Assembly (NCBI GenBank): GCA_050613775.1
Contig: JBODTK010000001.1
Location: 930,001-994,000, forward strand
Source: Neocallimastix sp. 'constans'
Taxonomy: Eukaryota
Reading direction: 5' to 3'
Length of the DNA: 64,000 nucleotides
How positions within the stretch are numbered: the stretch's first letter is position 1; each line of letters begins with the position of its first letter. A program made the translations under genes and the position numbers. Below, piece after piece: positions 41,643-55,368 of the stretch. The notes under the pieces were generated by a model that saw only the letters and a program-made list of their open reading frames with translations, did no database searches and had not been told where the DNA came from.

Positions 41643-43716
41643 TCTTGTAATTTTTTTTTTTTTATTTTATTCTTTTTATTTTATTCTTTTTATTTATTTA
41701 TTTATTTATTTTTTTTATAAATATAATAAAACCTCTTAATTATATGTTATTTTATAAAAAAAAAAAATTGATATTTAATTTAGATTAAAAAAAAAAAAAG
41801 AAAAGAAAAAAAAAAGAAAAAAAAATTGCTGTATTTATAAGTAAAAAAATTTAATTAATTTAAAATAAATATATGAATAAAAAAAAAAAAAGAAAAGAAA
41901 AGAATTTATTAATAATCAACCTAAATTAAAACATCGGATATATAAATCCGCATTATGAGTAATATATATAATGTATATATAATGCATGTAATGTATAAAA
42001 GCTGATATAAGTTGTATAATCATTAATTTAAAAGTATTCAATAAATAAAAAATTTTTAATTAAAAACTTTTTTCTTTCAATATTTTTTTTTCTTTAATTT
42101 AGAATAATTTAGTGTTATGTAACTCTTAATTAAAAAATATATAAATAAAGTTGACATAAAAATTAATCATAAATTCCAGACTCTTTGACAGTATTTATAT
42201 TAATATTTATATAAAATGTACAGAATATAATTATTTAAATTTATTTATTTATTTATTTATTAAATATACTTTATGGTGATAATAATTCATGAAATTATTT
42301 ATTCATTTATTTATTTATTAAATATATTTAAATGATGCTAATTTGTAAATAAGAAACTCATTATTAGAATAACATTATTATTATTTTACAAAATATGACA
42401 AAAATAAAAAAAAAAAAAAAAAAAATAGATATTTCTCTTTTAAGTGAATCCCACTAAATCAAAGAACATATCTTATATATTAAAAAAAATATTAAGGTTT
42501 ATAAAAAATAAACATAATATAATAAATATTAAAAATTAAAAGTTCATCTATATTAATTTATATTAAAGCCACAACGATAAAGATTTTTTTTAATATTTTA
42601 TACGTTAATATATTTTACATTAAATTAAATTATTATGCAATATATTCTGGTTTATTAGTATTTTTTAGAAAAGAAATAAACTATATTTAATAATATTTAT
42701 TAAAAAAAAAAAAAAAAAAAAAATACTTGAAAATTAACCGTGTAATTTATTTTACTTCTCATCTTAGTAATAATAGGTACTAAATGAAAATGATTCATTG
42801 AAAGGTATTCTAAGATATAATGAATGAAAAATGATACAATTTCTTTAAAATTTTTTAAAATTAATAACTTTGACAAATAAAATCGATAAAAAACAATTGC
42901 AATAAAGCAATTATACTAAAAACATTCATTTCGAAATGTTCGGATTTATTACCATCACCTTTGGTATCAAGAGAATTAAGATGGTCTTCCTTTAATTAAC
43001 TCTTTAAAAGATGAATCATCAAGAATATAACAATAGGAACCAAAAAAAGATAAACATAAATATTTTTTTATTAAAAAATAAATAAATAAATACATAAATA
43101 AATAAATATCTAAATAAATAAATAATTAAATATTAAACTGATAATAATAATAATATAATAATAATAATAATATTAATAATATAATAATAATATTAATATA
43201 TAATAATAATATAATAATAATATTAATAATATAATAATAATAATAAGAGTCTTGTTTTATATTAATTCAATTATTTAATTTTAATTATTATTATTATTAT
43301 TATTATTACTTTACACATACAACAACAACAACAACAACAAAAAAAAAAAAAATTTTATAAATTTTTTTTTTTTTTTTTTTTTTTTAAGAAATAATAGTTT
43401 TATAATGCTATTAAATAAATAATTTTTATTTTCTTGAACAAATTTTTACTAATAAAAAATAAAATAAAATAAAATAAAATAAAATATTAATAATAATATT
43501 AAAATAAAAAAAAAAAAATATAAATATCATGCATTATTAGATTAAAATTTATAAATTAATGATATAAATAGATAAATATTATAAACCTTAATATGTCAAT
43601 CTTTTTTCCTTATATATATATATATATTATTTTTAATATTAATTGATATTAATTGTATTATAAATCGTTAATGAACATTTATCTTATATTTTAATATTTA
43701 ATTTTTTTTTTTTTAA

Positions 43717-43749
<33 letters not shown>

Positions 43750-43770
43750 GATAAATAAATAAAAATTAAA

Positions 43771-45188
43771 TTATTTTGTATCTGGTGATGATGGTTTATA
43801 TGGTGTTGATGGTAAGGGTGGCTGAGCTGATGAATCATTTGATGTAGTTGGTGGCGGTGGTGGTGAAGTTGATGTAGGTAATGGTGGTGCTGAAGTAGGA
43901 AGTGGTGGTTGATAATAATAGTATGGATTATAATAATATGAATATTGACCTTGTGCACCAGCTGGTGCTTGATAATAAGATTGTGGATATGTTTGAGGTA
44001 CTGGTGGAGTAGCTGTAGTGGTAGCAACCGTTTGGGTTTGTGTTGAACCAGTTGTAGCTGTTGGTAATGGTGGTGGTGGTGCTGCTTGGTAAGCGGAATC
44101 CGCACCTGTTTGAGGAGGTGGTGGTGGTGGATAGGTATAACCAGGATAGGAATATCCTGGAGCTTGATATGGGTTTGTCATATTTAAATTACGATAGGTA
44201 TTACCATATGGATTTTGATTATAAGTATTATAATGTGGTCTTGGATTATTTGGACGGTTTCCTTTATATTGTTTAAATTTCTCATATTCAGCTTTAACTG
44301 TTTTAATTAAATCATCAACTAATTGTTTTGCCTTTTCTAAACCTTCTTCAGTTACAGAACTTTTAATTAATGATTTAATATATATATATAATATATATAT
44401 ATATAATATAATTAAAAATAATAAATAATTAATTAAGTAAGTAAGAAAATAATAGTTTGATGTTATCAATAATACCATAGATATTAAAATCCTATAATGA
44501 TTATGATTAATTGGATTATATTTTTTAAAAATTTATTTATTTACCTAATTTGGAAAAACATTGGTTCAAAGGCTTCCGTACCAGAAGTAGGTTCAATAAA
44601 ACCAGATCCTTTACCACGAAGTTGTAATCTTGCTCCTGTTTCACGATGAATATGTTTGACATTTGCTCCTTGAATACCAATTAATTTGAGTTTTGTATTG
44701 AATGAACGATCATCGATACCAATAAAAACTTTTGCTTGATGAAAACGCTATTTTCATTTATATTAATTTGATTAATATTTATCATTATTTTATTTGAAAT
44801 TGATATTTAAATTATTGTTATTTATTGTTGATATTGTTTTTGTATTATTTATTATATATAAAATAATAGTAATAAAAATAATAAAACCAATTTTTAAGGA
44901 TATATAGTTTCAATATTAAAAAAATTGATATTTAGATAATAGTTATAAATTAAAAAATGTAATAATAATTAAATTAATAATAATGAATATATTGCTTTAT
45001 TATACTTTTGAAGTTTGTCCTGCTGGTTTATGATATGCACTTGTTGTAGTATCTGTATGAACAATAACTGGTGGGGCACTATCAATAATTTCTTGAATTT
45101 TTTCTAAAGCTTTATCTAGTATTTCTTGTGTTTCAGCTGCAACATGAAGATGAAGAGGCTTTATATTTTAATAATTATTAATAATTGC

Positions 45189-45273
<85 letters not shown>

Positions 45274-46106
45274 TAAAAAATATATATAAAAAAAATAATA
45301 ATAAAAGAAATTTTAAAATATCCACAATATGATTTATGTAAACCATGAAATCAATTAATATTTATAATATTTATTTTATTCATTTCTTTTATTTATTTTT
45401 AATAAATATTTACAGGGTCTTTTGGTGTTGCCATAGATTTATTTGGATAATATTTTCCTCTTGTAATGATTTCCGCTTTAGTTTCTTCTTGTAGTTTATC
45501 TAAAAATGAAGCTTTTGTTAACATATAACGATTTTTTACATCATTAATTTCGACATTTTTGAAAAATTTTCCTTTATTAGAACTTTTATCGTTTAAGTTA
45601 TATGAGTCTGAATTTGAATTCACTATTACAGAAGTTGTCGTAGTAGTAGTTGTGGCTGTTGTTGTAGAAGTTAAATTATTATTTTTAATATTAATTCCTT
45701 TAGCTTGTAAATTTGCTGCAATCTTTGCCAATTCTTCATTAACTTGCTGTTGAATTGCTGTATTAATATTTATTTTATTTTATTTTATTTTATTTTTATC
45801 ATTATTAATATTTTAATATCAAAAATTTAATTAAAAAAAAAAAAAAACTATTAATATATTATCTTATTATTACTGAATTTTAAATTTATATTAAATATTT
45901 AAAAAAATAAATTACAATTTGAGTCTTTGGATGTATCAGGTAATGAAGGAGATACTGATGAAGTATTTGAAGCAATAGGATTATTTGTAGTAGGTGTGGT
46001 TGAATTATTGCTTTTAATATTGATTCCTTTGGATTGTAAATTTGCTGCAATCTTCGACAATTCTTCATTAACTTGCTGTTGAATTGCTGTATTAATATTT
46101 ATTAAG

Positions 46107-46139
<33 letters not shown>

Positions 46140-46596
46140 TTAATATCAAAAATTTAATAAAAATAATATTATTAATATATTATCTTAATTTATTATTACA
46201 TTTATATACTACATTTATTTTTTATTATCAAAAAATATTGATAATATCTTTTCTTTAACTTTGATTATATTAAAATTTAAATTTATACTAAATATACAAA
46301 AAAAAAATATTAATTACAATTTGAACCCTTAGATGTATCATTCGGTACTGGAGATGTTAAATTTGAATTTGTGTTTTGAAGTTTAGCAGCAGCAAGTGCA
46401 TCAGAAGGGTTTGGTGGTGTTGCTACTTCATATTCATTTGGACTTCCCTGGTCATCCCATTTTCTCTTACGACTACAATTTTAATATTAATAATATGAAT
46501 ATTTTTTTATCATATAAAATTAGTGTTTATGCTATATATACATATATTATTGATATTTATATTGGTTATTTACATTTTATTATCAACTGTCACCAT
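43771..46596 (-). CDS. KHDC4: KH-domain RNA-binding protein KHDC4/BLOM7-like with Pro/Tyr-rich C-terminus, ~7 exons
   Basis: Exons approx 46596-46574, 46474-46318, 46086-45916, 45757-45415, ~45158-45006, ~44747-44525 and ~44359-43771. Motifs RKRKWD, VEINDVKNRYMLTK...IITRGKY and LIGIQGANVKHIHRETGARLQLRGKGSGFIEPTSGTEAFEPM. Confidence 0.85.
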
Positions 46597-49004
46597 TTTA
46601 AAATAATGTATAATATTTTAATACTTTAAAATTCTATAATATTAAGATAAATAAAACAAAAGTGTAATATTTTAAAGATTTTATTTCAATTGAAAATTTA
46701 AAATATTATTTGTTGATCTATATAATGAAATAAAATTTGATATCTTTTTTTTTTTTTTTTTATTTTTTTATTATTTTTTCTTTTTTTATATTTTATTTTT
46801 TATTATTTTTTATTTTTTCTATTTTTTTTTTTATTTTTTTCGTCTTTTTTGAAAATTTTTTATTAACTAAAAAAAAGAAAAGTAACATTTATTATAAATT
46901 TATTATAAATATTTTATTTATAAATATATAAAATGTATTTTATTTATTGAAATATTGTTAGTTTTAATTTATTTATTTTAAATTAAAATATTTTAAAATT
47001 TAAATATTAAAAGTATTAATTTACTTTTCAGTATATAAAAAAAATAATAAAATTTAACCGAAAAATAAAATAAAATAATAATAATAATAATAATAATAAA
47101 AAATATTGTTATATAATAACAATTATAATAATAAAAGCACTGAAAAACAAAAATTATATATATAACAAAATTATATTCATATACCCATTAAAAATTTCAT
47201 TAAATCATTATATAATTCTTTTATGTAATTTTATAATTTTTATTTTACATTATTTTTTTTTTTTTTTTTTTGTAATACAATATATATTAATATTTAAATA
47301 TTAAATATTATAATTTATATTTTTACATGATTTTTATTTTCTGTCTTTGAATTTATAATTAAATTAAAAGAAGAAAATGTCATTAATTTATATATATTTA
47401 TGTTTTTATGTTTTATTTTTATTTTTATTTTTATTTTTTTTTTTTTTTTTTCTTAATTAAAAAATTTAAATAAAAATTGAATTAATCTAATTACATAACT
47501 GATATTAATAAATATTAAAATAAATTGATTAATGTACATAATATTGGTATTATTATTATTATTATTTAAAATAAAATAAAATAAAATAAAATAAAAAAAC
47601 AATATTAATAATAAATAACTAATTAATGCCTATTATTTATTTTATTTTATTTTATTTTTTTATTTTAAAAATTAATATTATTATAAAATTCTAATAAATA
47701 AAACTTTACTATACTTTTAATTATACTATTATATTTATTATTATTATTATTATTATTTAATTTTAATTTTAATTTTATTTTATTCTATTTTATTTTATTA
47801 TATTATATTTTATTTTATTTTATCTTATTTTTTTATTTTATTTTATCTTATTTTTTTATTTTTATGTTTGAGTTTGAATATATATTTCTTTTATTTATAT
47901 ATATATATATATATATTTTATGTTAATAAAATTGGTAATTATAATTATAAAGTATTTGAAATTTCTTCAAGTTTTAGATTTTAAATTTTACACCAACAAT
48001 AATGTATTTATTCAATTACTATTATATTGTCTTATTTTACTATTTATTTTAAAATTATTCAAGAGAATTAAATTATTAACATTAAAATATAAATTATAAA
48101 AGATTCTTTACCAATTATTAATTATATCATTTCAATGTCGTATCTTTAAAATCAATGTTAAAATAAAATATAAAATTTTTATTTATAATATATAATTTAA
48201 TTATATTAAAAAATATTGATTTATTGATTTATTATTATATTATATTATTTATTTATTTATTATTATTAATTATATTATATTATATTATTTATTTATTATT
48301 TATTATTATTTATTTATTTATTATTTATTATTTATTATTATTTATTATTATTTATTTATTTATTATTTATTATTTATTATTATTTATTATTAATTAAAAT
48401 AAAGTTAAACATTATTTATTTTATTATGATTAATTTATTTTATAATGTAGTGATTTCATAAAACTTATGTAAAATGAGTATTTTACATAAATAATTGTAT
48501 GTAATTGTAGCATGATATAAAATAAAGAACCTTATTTTATAATAAAAAAGTCTTTACTAATATATAGTATTTTTAGCAGTTTATTATGATAATCCTAAGC
48601 TAGTTTATAAAACATCCACAATACAGGAGAGTTGCATATCCCCAAATTGCATTTCGCCAGGTTGCATTTCGCCAAGTGGAGTATTGATATAAATAAATGA
48701 ATAAATAAATAAATATTAATTCAAAAAAAATTTTTTAAAATTGTTTTTATTCGGGAGAGGTCCAAAACGCCAATTTTTTCACGTGATATATCAAATTTTG
48801 AGGCTTTTTAAATTAATAGTTATATGATACTATTTTGTTGTATTATTAATTTGTATTTTTTTTCTTAAAATTTATTAAGTGAATAATTAAATAAATTATA
48901 ATGGTTAGATAAAAATAAATATTTTTTTACAAAAAAAAAAATAAAATAAAATATTCAAACAATTAAAAGGTTTAATATTCAAACAATTAAAAGGTTTATT
49001 TTAA

Positions 49005-49650
49005 AAAAAAAAATATTAATAAAATACTTTAACAATTATATAGATTTATTTATTTAAAAAAAATATTAATACAATACTTTAACAATTATATAGATTTACT
49101 TATTTAAAAAATATTAATAAAATATTTAAACAACTATTAATAAAATACTTTAACAATTATATAGATTTATTTATTTAAAAAATATTAATAAAATATTTAA
49201 ACAACTATTAATAAAATACTTTAGCAATTATATAGATTTATTTATTTAAAAAAAATATTAATAAAATACTTTAACAATTATATAGATTTATTTATTTAAA
49301 AAAAATATTAATAAAATACTTTAACAATTATATAGATTTATTTATTTAAACAACTATTAATAAAATACTTTAGCAATTATATAGATTTATTTATTTAAAA
49401 AAAATATTAATAAAATACTTTAACAATTATATAGATTTATTTATTTAAACAACTATTAATAAAATACTTTAGCAATTATATAGATTTATTTATTTAAAAA
49501 AAATATTAATAAAATACTTTAACAATTATATAGATTTATTTATTTAAAAAATATTAATAAAATATTTAAACAACTATTAATAAAATACTTTAACAATTAT
49601 ATAGATTTATTTATTTAAAAAAAATATTAATAAAATATTTAAACAATTAT
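49005..49650. repeat. ~50-bp minisatellite inside the MULE
   Basis: Repeated aatattaataaaatactttaacaattatatagatttatttatttaaa with variants (about a dozen copies). Confidence 0.9.
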
Positions 49651-49991
49651 TAATAAAATTAATTATAAACATTAATAATAAAATATAAAAATATAAAAAT
49701 ATATTATTGATATTAATAATAAAGTATAAAAATATAGGATTATTTATTTTAAAAAAAATATTAATAAAATATTTAAACAATTATTAATAAAATAAATTAT
49801 AATAATAAAATTATAGAATATTTATTTAAACTACATAAATTTTATCAAGTATATAAACATTTTAACTTTTTAATAATTATAAAATTTTAATTAATAAATT
49901 TAATTATAAGTTTTTGTATGAAAGAATTTTAATGATTTTTTCTTTTGGAAATTCCTCTGTCATTTCATAATTATTTATTATTAAATAATAT

Positions 49992-51413
49992 TTATAAAAT
50001 ATTATTTAAATTAGTTAAACATTCAAACCACAATTTAGTAAGATCACTTCTATCATATTTAATATTAATTAACTTGGCTTCTTTATTTTTGTATTTTTCA
50101 ATTAAGATATTAATTTCATCAGTTTTTGTTTTTGTTTTTTTTTTCATTCTCCAAATTCCTTTTATTTTCATTTGGTAATCATAATATGATAAATGTTCCT
50201 GTTCTTTTAATTTATTTATTAATTCATAAAAATTTGGTTTCATTGGAAATAGTTTATTTAAAGAATTATTGAGTGATTCTGAAGCATTATTGGTTATATG
50301 TTCAATATTATTATAATAATTCCAACTTTTCATATCGTAACCAATTAAATATGTTTCATAAAAATATTCTAAAAATTTTAAAAATTGACAAGAATTTTTT
50401 TCAATGGATTTAGTTTTAATTAATGAAAAAATATCCATTATGTATTCAGGGTTGATAAATGGTAAGTTTGAAATTCCTTTGTAATAATTAAATATTTTTT
50501 CATCATCGTTCACTTCATTACGGCACAATTCATTTTTTTTAATTTCTAATAAATTTTTATAATGCCAAATACAGTATTTAATATTTATATTAGGAAATAT
50601 TTTTTTAACTGCTTTGGATATGCCTTTTTCAAAATCGCAATGTACATTTTTTGGTTCAGTTATAATATTATTATTAGAATTTTGTTTTAATTTATTGAAT
50701 AACATTTTATATGTTTTTTGCTTTTTATTTCTTAATATTGCATAAGAAGTAGTATAAAAACTATTCAATTCTTTAACGTAAGTTCTAGTAATAAACACTT
50801 GTTGACTAAATTTAGGTGCGATATAAAAAGTACCATCCACAAATATATCATTATTATATTTCTTAAATAATTTTGCTTGAAAAGGGGATTGAAAAATTAC
50901 TAAATCAGAATTTTTGAATATCATAAAATCTTCATTTCGTTCAGTTTTATAATATTCAGATTCATTAGGAATTTCATTAAAAGTTGTTACATTGGATGGT
51001 AGTTTTTTATTAATACTTCTTAATATTAGAGTTTTAACTGAAATATATTCTGGACACGGATATATAAATCCCATTTCTTTAGAAATTTCATTATATAGTC
51101 TTTTTCGTTTTATATCAAAAGGATTTGAATGTTTTTTAATTTCATCTTTAATTTTATGTTTCATTACAGATAGGGATACACTATATTCGTTTCCAGGATG
51201 ATTATGTAAACTCTCATATTTTAAGATTTCTTTCTCATTATTTAAAATAATAAAAGATTTACATTTATTATTTTTTTTATATTCGGTACATTTATAAACT
51301 TTTGAATTATCTTTCCTTGAATGTGAAAAATTAAATTTATATTGTTTATTAATAATGATTTGTTCTTCTCCTTTATTAGACTCACTTATATAAATAGTTA
51401 TGTTTTCTTCCAT
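49992..51413 (-). CDS. MULE DDE transposase (473 aa) with N-terminal FLYWCH/WRKY-like zinc finger
   Basis: YKC..C...HNH zinc finger, FVDGTF (D1), HCDFE (D2), CIWH (CxxH) and TNNASES (E). The ORF is uninterrupted. Confidence 0.93.
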   Translation of the reverse strand: MEENITIYISESNKGEEQIIINKQYKFNFSHSRKDNSKVYKCTEYKKNNKCKSFIILNNEKEILKYESLHNHPGNEYSVSLSVMKHKIKDEIKKHSNPFDIKRKRLYNEISKEMGFIYPCPEYISVKTLILRSINKKLPSNVTTFNEIPNESEYYKTERNEDFMIFKNSDLVIFQSPFQAKLFKKYNNDIFVDGTFYIAPKFSQQVFITRTYVKELNSFYTTSYAILRNKKQKTYKMLFNKLKQNSNNNIITEPKNVHCDFEKGISKAVKKIFPNINIKYCIWHYKNLLEIKKNELCRNEVNDDEKIFNYYKGISNLPFINPEYIMDIFSLIKTKSIEKNSCQFLKFLEYFYETYLIGYDMKSWNYYNNIEHITNNASESLNNSLNKLFPMKPNFYELINKLKEQEHLSYYDYQMKIKGIWRMKKKTKTKTDEINILIEKYKNKEAKLINIKYDRSDLTKLWFECLTNLNNIL

Positions 51414-53208
51414 TTATAAATTTTAATATATAGTTTTTAATTATATCTTTTAAATTATTATATTAATTATCTAAATATTATTTTTTAATATTAATTCTGA
51501 ACAATTAAATATTCAATTTTTTTTAAAAGATAAAAAGTATTTTAATTATTTCTTTTTCTTTTAATTTTTTTAAAAAAAAAACAGATACATAAAGTATATA
51601 TGAAAATATTTTAATTTTTATTATTTAAAAATAAATTATTTATTTAATATATATAAAAAAAATTTAATTATTTATTTATTCTAAATTAATATTAATTATT
51701 TTTTTTAATATATACTAATAAAGAATTTATGAATTAATTAATTATTTTATTTATATTATAATCTAATTAAATTATTAACTTTTAAGTCTTTTTAAAACAA
51801 CAAATATATATAGCATTTTTTAGCATATAAAGTAGAACTGGGCTTTCTACTGGTTGTTATGTGACGGACTTAATAATCATCTGGTATCTATTCTTTATCT
51901 GATTTTCCCGATAGGGTTTGGAGAAAGGGTAAAGGGGTTATAATGGCACAATTTCAGGTAAGTATTAATTCCGCTCCTATCATTATTGGATTGCCACGTA
52001 TTTAATTTCTATATTTGATCACCCATGGCATCCTAGTGTAGTTGTATAGCCTATACTGTGAGGGTTACGAGTTCAATTTCTATAGGATAACACGGATGTT
52101 ATTTGGCAAGACATGTCTACTGGAGCTACCTCTGCTTAGGAATTTGGAGCGCCGACGTCGTACTGATATAGTATAAGATATATATACCAAAGTATATATG
52201 TTCTTTACAAGCCCATATATATAATATGGGATAGACATGTGAATTCATATGTGTAAAAAACCTATTTATATATCTCTACAAAACGGTTGCTGTAATATAT
52301 AAATAGTAATTGAAATGCGAACAACAAATTTTAATTTTTGAAATTTCAATTTACAGCTATAATTTAAGTCTTATAAAAATATTATTTTGTAATTTTTATT
52401 ATTATTTAATATTTTATTTATAAATCATATATAAAATAAAAGGTTTAATTCTATTATTAAGATGTTATAATAACAACTAAAGTTTTAGTTATAATATAAA
52501 AAATTAATATTTTAAATAATATTAATTTAAATATAAATTTATAAAATAAAATTTTTTAATAATAAAATATAAAAATATTATATTGATATTAATAATAAAA
52601 TATAAAAATATTATATTGATATTAATAATAAAATATAAAAATATAAAAATATAAAAATATAATATTAATAGAAAAATATAAAAATATAATATCAATAATA
52701 AAATATAAAATATAAAAATATAATATAAATATTAATAATAAAATATAAAAAATAAGGTTATAAAGAAAATAATTATTTATCATTTTCCTTATAACATGAT
52801 TGTCAAAAAAAAAAAAAATTATATAAAAATATTTTATTTTTTATTGACCTTTTTAATTTTTATTTATTTATTTATTTACTTATTTATTTATACATTTATT
52901 TCTTTTTTACTTAAAATTATATTAAATTTTATGGCGTAATAATATAAATTTTAAAAGCCACAAATAAATAGATGGCTTATTAAAATTTCAAAAAAAAAAA
53001 ATTGGCGAAATGGACCACATTCTTTTTATTCGATATTAATAATATTTAATTTTATTTATTGATTTATTTATTTAATAATTTTCAATTTGGCGAAATGCCA
53101 CATTTTTTAATACGCCACATGCTTTCAAAAAAATTGGCGAAATGCCCCACAATACAATTGCCTAAATAATATTTAATTACATCTAAATCTTAATAAATTA
53201 CATAATTT

Positions 53209-53272
<64 letters not shown>

Positions 53273-54105
53273 TTATTTATTATTTATTATTTATTATTTA
53301 TTATTTATTATTTATTATTTATTATTTATTATATTTAATATTTTTTAATAAAAATCTTTTAGTAATATTAATGATGATTAATAAAAATAATAAATAATAA
53401 AATTATATATATATAACCCTATATATAACCCTAAATTGATAATACAAAGATTCGAATAAAAATTTCATATATTTATATTTATATGGCCATTCAATATTCA
53501 TAATATTTATGTTAATCAATAATATTATATTATAGATTGACATTTATATTAAATTTTAATATTCGTACTGTTTTAGTGTTATTATTAAAAATATAAATAT
53601 ATTCGTATTATTGAAAGAATTATTTTTATCATAATTCAAATTTTAAATACATGAATTATTAACTTTTTACCTAAAACTTAATACATTAAGAGACTATATA
53701 AATAATAATAAAAATAGAATAAATTTACTATTCCAATAAATTTTTTAATATTTAAAAATGATTACTATTGGTTATTTAATAACTATATATAAATTAAATA
53801 AAAATTTTTATTATATAAATTATATATAACTATTTATAATGAAATTTTAAGAATATTTAATATTTCAAAAAAAAAAAAAAAATTATAAATATTAATGAAA
53901 ATATATAAAGAATTTGAAATTGAATAAATAAATATATAAATAAAATTAAGGCACTATAAAATTAAAGCAAATTGATAATAAACTTATATAATTTAATTTA
54001 AAACAAATAAATCGATAGTTAATTTTCTGAAAATAAATATCATATATTAAATAAATATATATATAATATATAATAATAATTATATAGTTTATAAATATAA
54101 AATAA

Positions 54106-55368
54106 ATGAGTAATTCAGGTTATATGAAAATTAACACTGAAATTGATATTCAAGAATGTATAATTGAAAATAATATAAATGGTAATTCAAGTAATGATGA
54201 AAATGATATTACCCTAACAGATAATAGTATAACTATAAGGGATAGTCTTGATGATAATGAAGTAAGGTTAGAATCTATTATTAAACAGGAACAAAAACCA
54301 AAAAGAGTTTATTGGGTAGATTGGCTTAGAGTTTTTGCTAGTATGTTAGTAGTTTATATTCATTGTTCCGGAATTGCATTAAAACCTAGGAAACTTTTTT
54401 CATATAATTGGAATGTATTATTTTTCCATAATAGTATACCGAGACCGGCTGTTCCATTATTTTTAATGATTAGTGGAATATTTTTTTTAAATCCAAAGAG
54501 AAAATTATCTTATAAAAAACTCTATAAAAAGAATGTAGTACGTTTAATAAAATGTTATGTAGTGTGGGTTTTATATTATAAAATTATAAATACATATATA
54601 ATCAATTATACCGGTCGTAAATATGTTTTTAATATGGATCTAGTGAAACAAGCATTGAAAAATATTATAACAATAAGAACTCATGAGCATTTATGGTATT
54701 TAAGAACAGCATTATATCTTTATATTCTAACACCTCTTTTCAGAATAATTTCAGCTAGAAAAAAACTTGCTTGGATGATAACAATTTTCTTTATCATATT
54801 TACACAATTTATACCAACTGTTTTTTATTATCCTTTAGACAAAAAAAATTCAGTACATCATATATTAGATATAACAGGAAACATTAGTTTTGGGGTATAT
54901 TTCTTTATGGGTTATTTATTATATGATTATACATTCTCCAAAAGGATTTATGTATACCTTATTGAATTGATAGGATTTGCTAGTATATTTTTAACAATAC
55001 ATTTGAGATTTATGGCTTGTCACCGTAAGAATAAAGAGAATAATGATTTTGGTTCTACTGAATCCTTTAATGTCGCACTTTCAGCTTATGGTATTTTTAC
55101 ATTTTTCCAATACACGGTTAATGATAGAATTGAACCATTAATGAAAAAAAGAAATATCAAAAAAGTTATAATGAAAATGTCTGAATGTTCATTTGGTGTC
55201 TATTTAACTCATATGACAGTTTATCATTTCTTTTATCGTATAGGATTACATTCACAGACTTTTAATCCTGTATGGTGGGTAATTGTTTATTCAGCCTTAG
55301 TTTATGTATTTTCGTTTATTTTAACGTTCCTTTTAAGAAAAATACCATTCGTTAAATCAATTATATAA
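54106..55368 (+). CDS. Acyltransferase-3 family membrane O-acyltransferase (WecH/YiaH/OafA-like), intronless
   Basis: RVYWVDWLRVFASMLVVYIH, AVPLFLMISG, HLWYL, YFFMGY and SFGVYLTH motifs with multiple hydrophobic helices. Confidence 0.92.
   Translation: MSNSGYMKINTEIDIQECIIENNINGNSSNDENDITLTDNSITIRDSLDDNEVRLESIIKQEQKPKRVYWVDWLRVFASMLVVYIHCSGIALKPRKLFSYNWNVLFFHNSIPRPAVPLFLMISGIFFLNPKRKLSYKKLYKKNVVRLIKCYVVWVLYYKIINTYIINYTGRKYVFNMDLVKQALKNIITIRTHEHLWYLRTALYLYILTPLFRIISARKKLAWMITIFFIIFTQFIPTVFYYPLDKKNSVHHILDITGNISFGVYFFMGYLLYDYTFSKRIYVYLIELIGFASIFLTIHLRFMACHRKNKENNDFGSTESFNVALSAYGIFTFFQYTVNDRIEPLMKKRNIKKVIMKMSECSFGVYLTHMTVYHFFYRIGLHSQTFNPVWWVIVYSALVYVFSFILTFLLRKIPFVKSII

Larger units (their letters stand above)
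48626..53147 (-). mobile_element. Mutator-like (MULE) DNA transposon, apparently full length
   Basis: 9-bp TSD cacaataca at 48617-48625 and 53148-53156, with G.../...C termini. The subterminal motif catttcgcca occurs twice at the left end, and its inverse tggcgaaatg three times at the right end (~53003, ~53088, ~53135). It contains the transposase ORF. Confidence 0.9.

Noticed and set aside
42890..42945. Short palindromes aattgc-aataaa-gcaatt and catttcgaaatg (MULE-like motif)
   Set aside because: Isolated, with no partner terminus or TSD found.
52027..52092. Functional tRNA-His(GTG) gene
   Set aside because: Only ~66 nt, acceptor stem 5/7 paired and poor T and anticodon stems. The region also reads as a LINE ORF2 tail.
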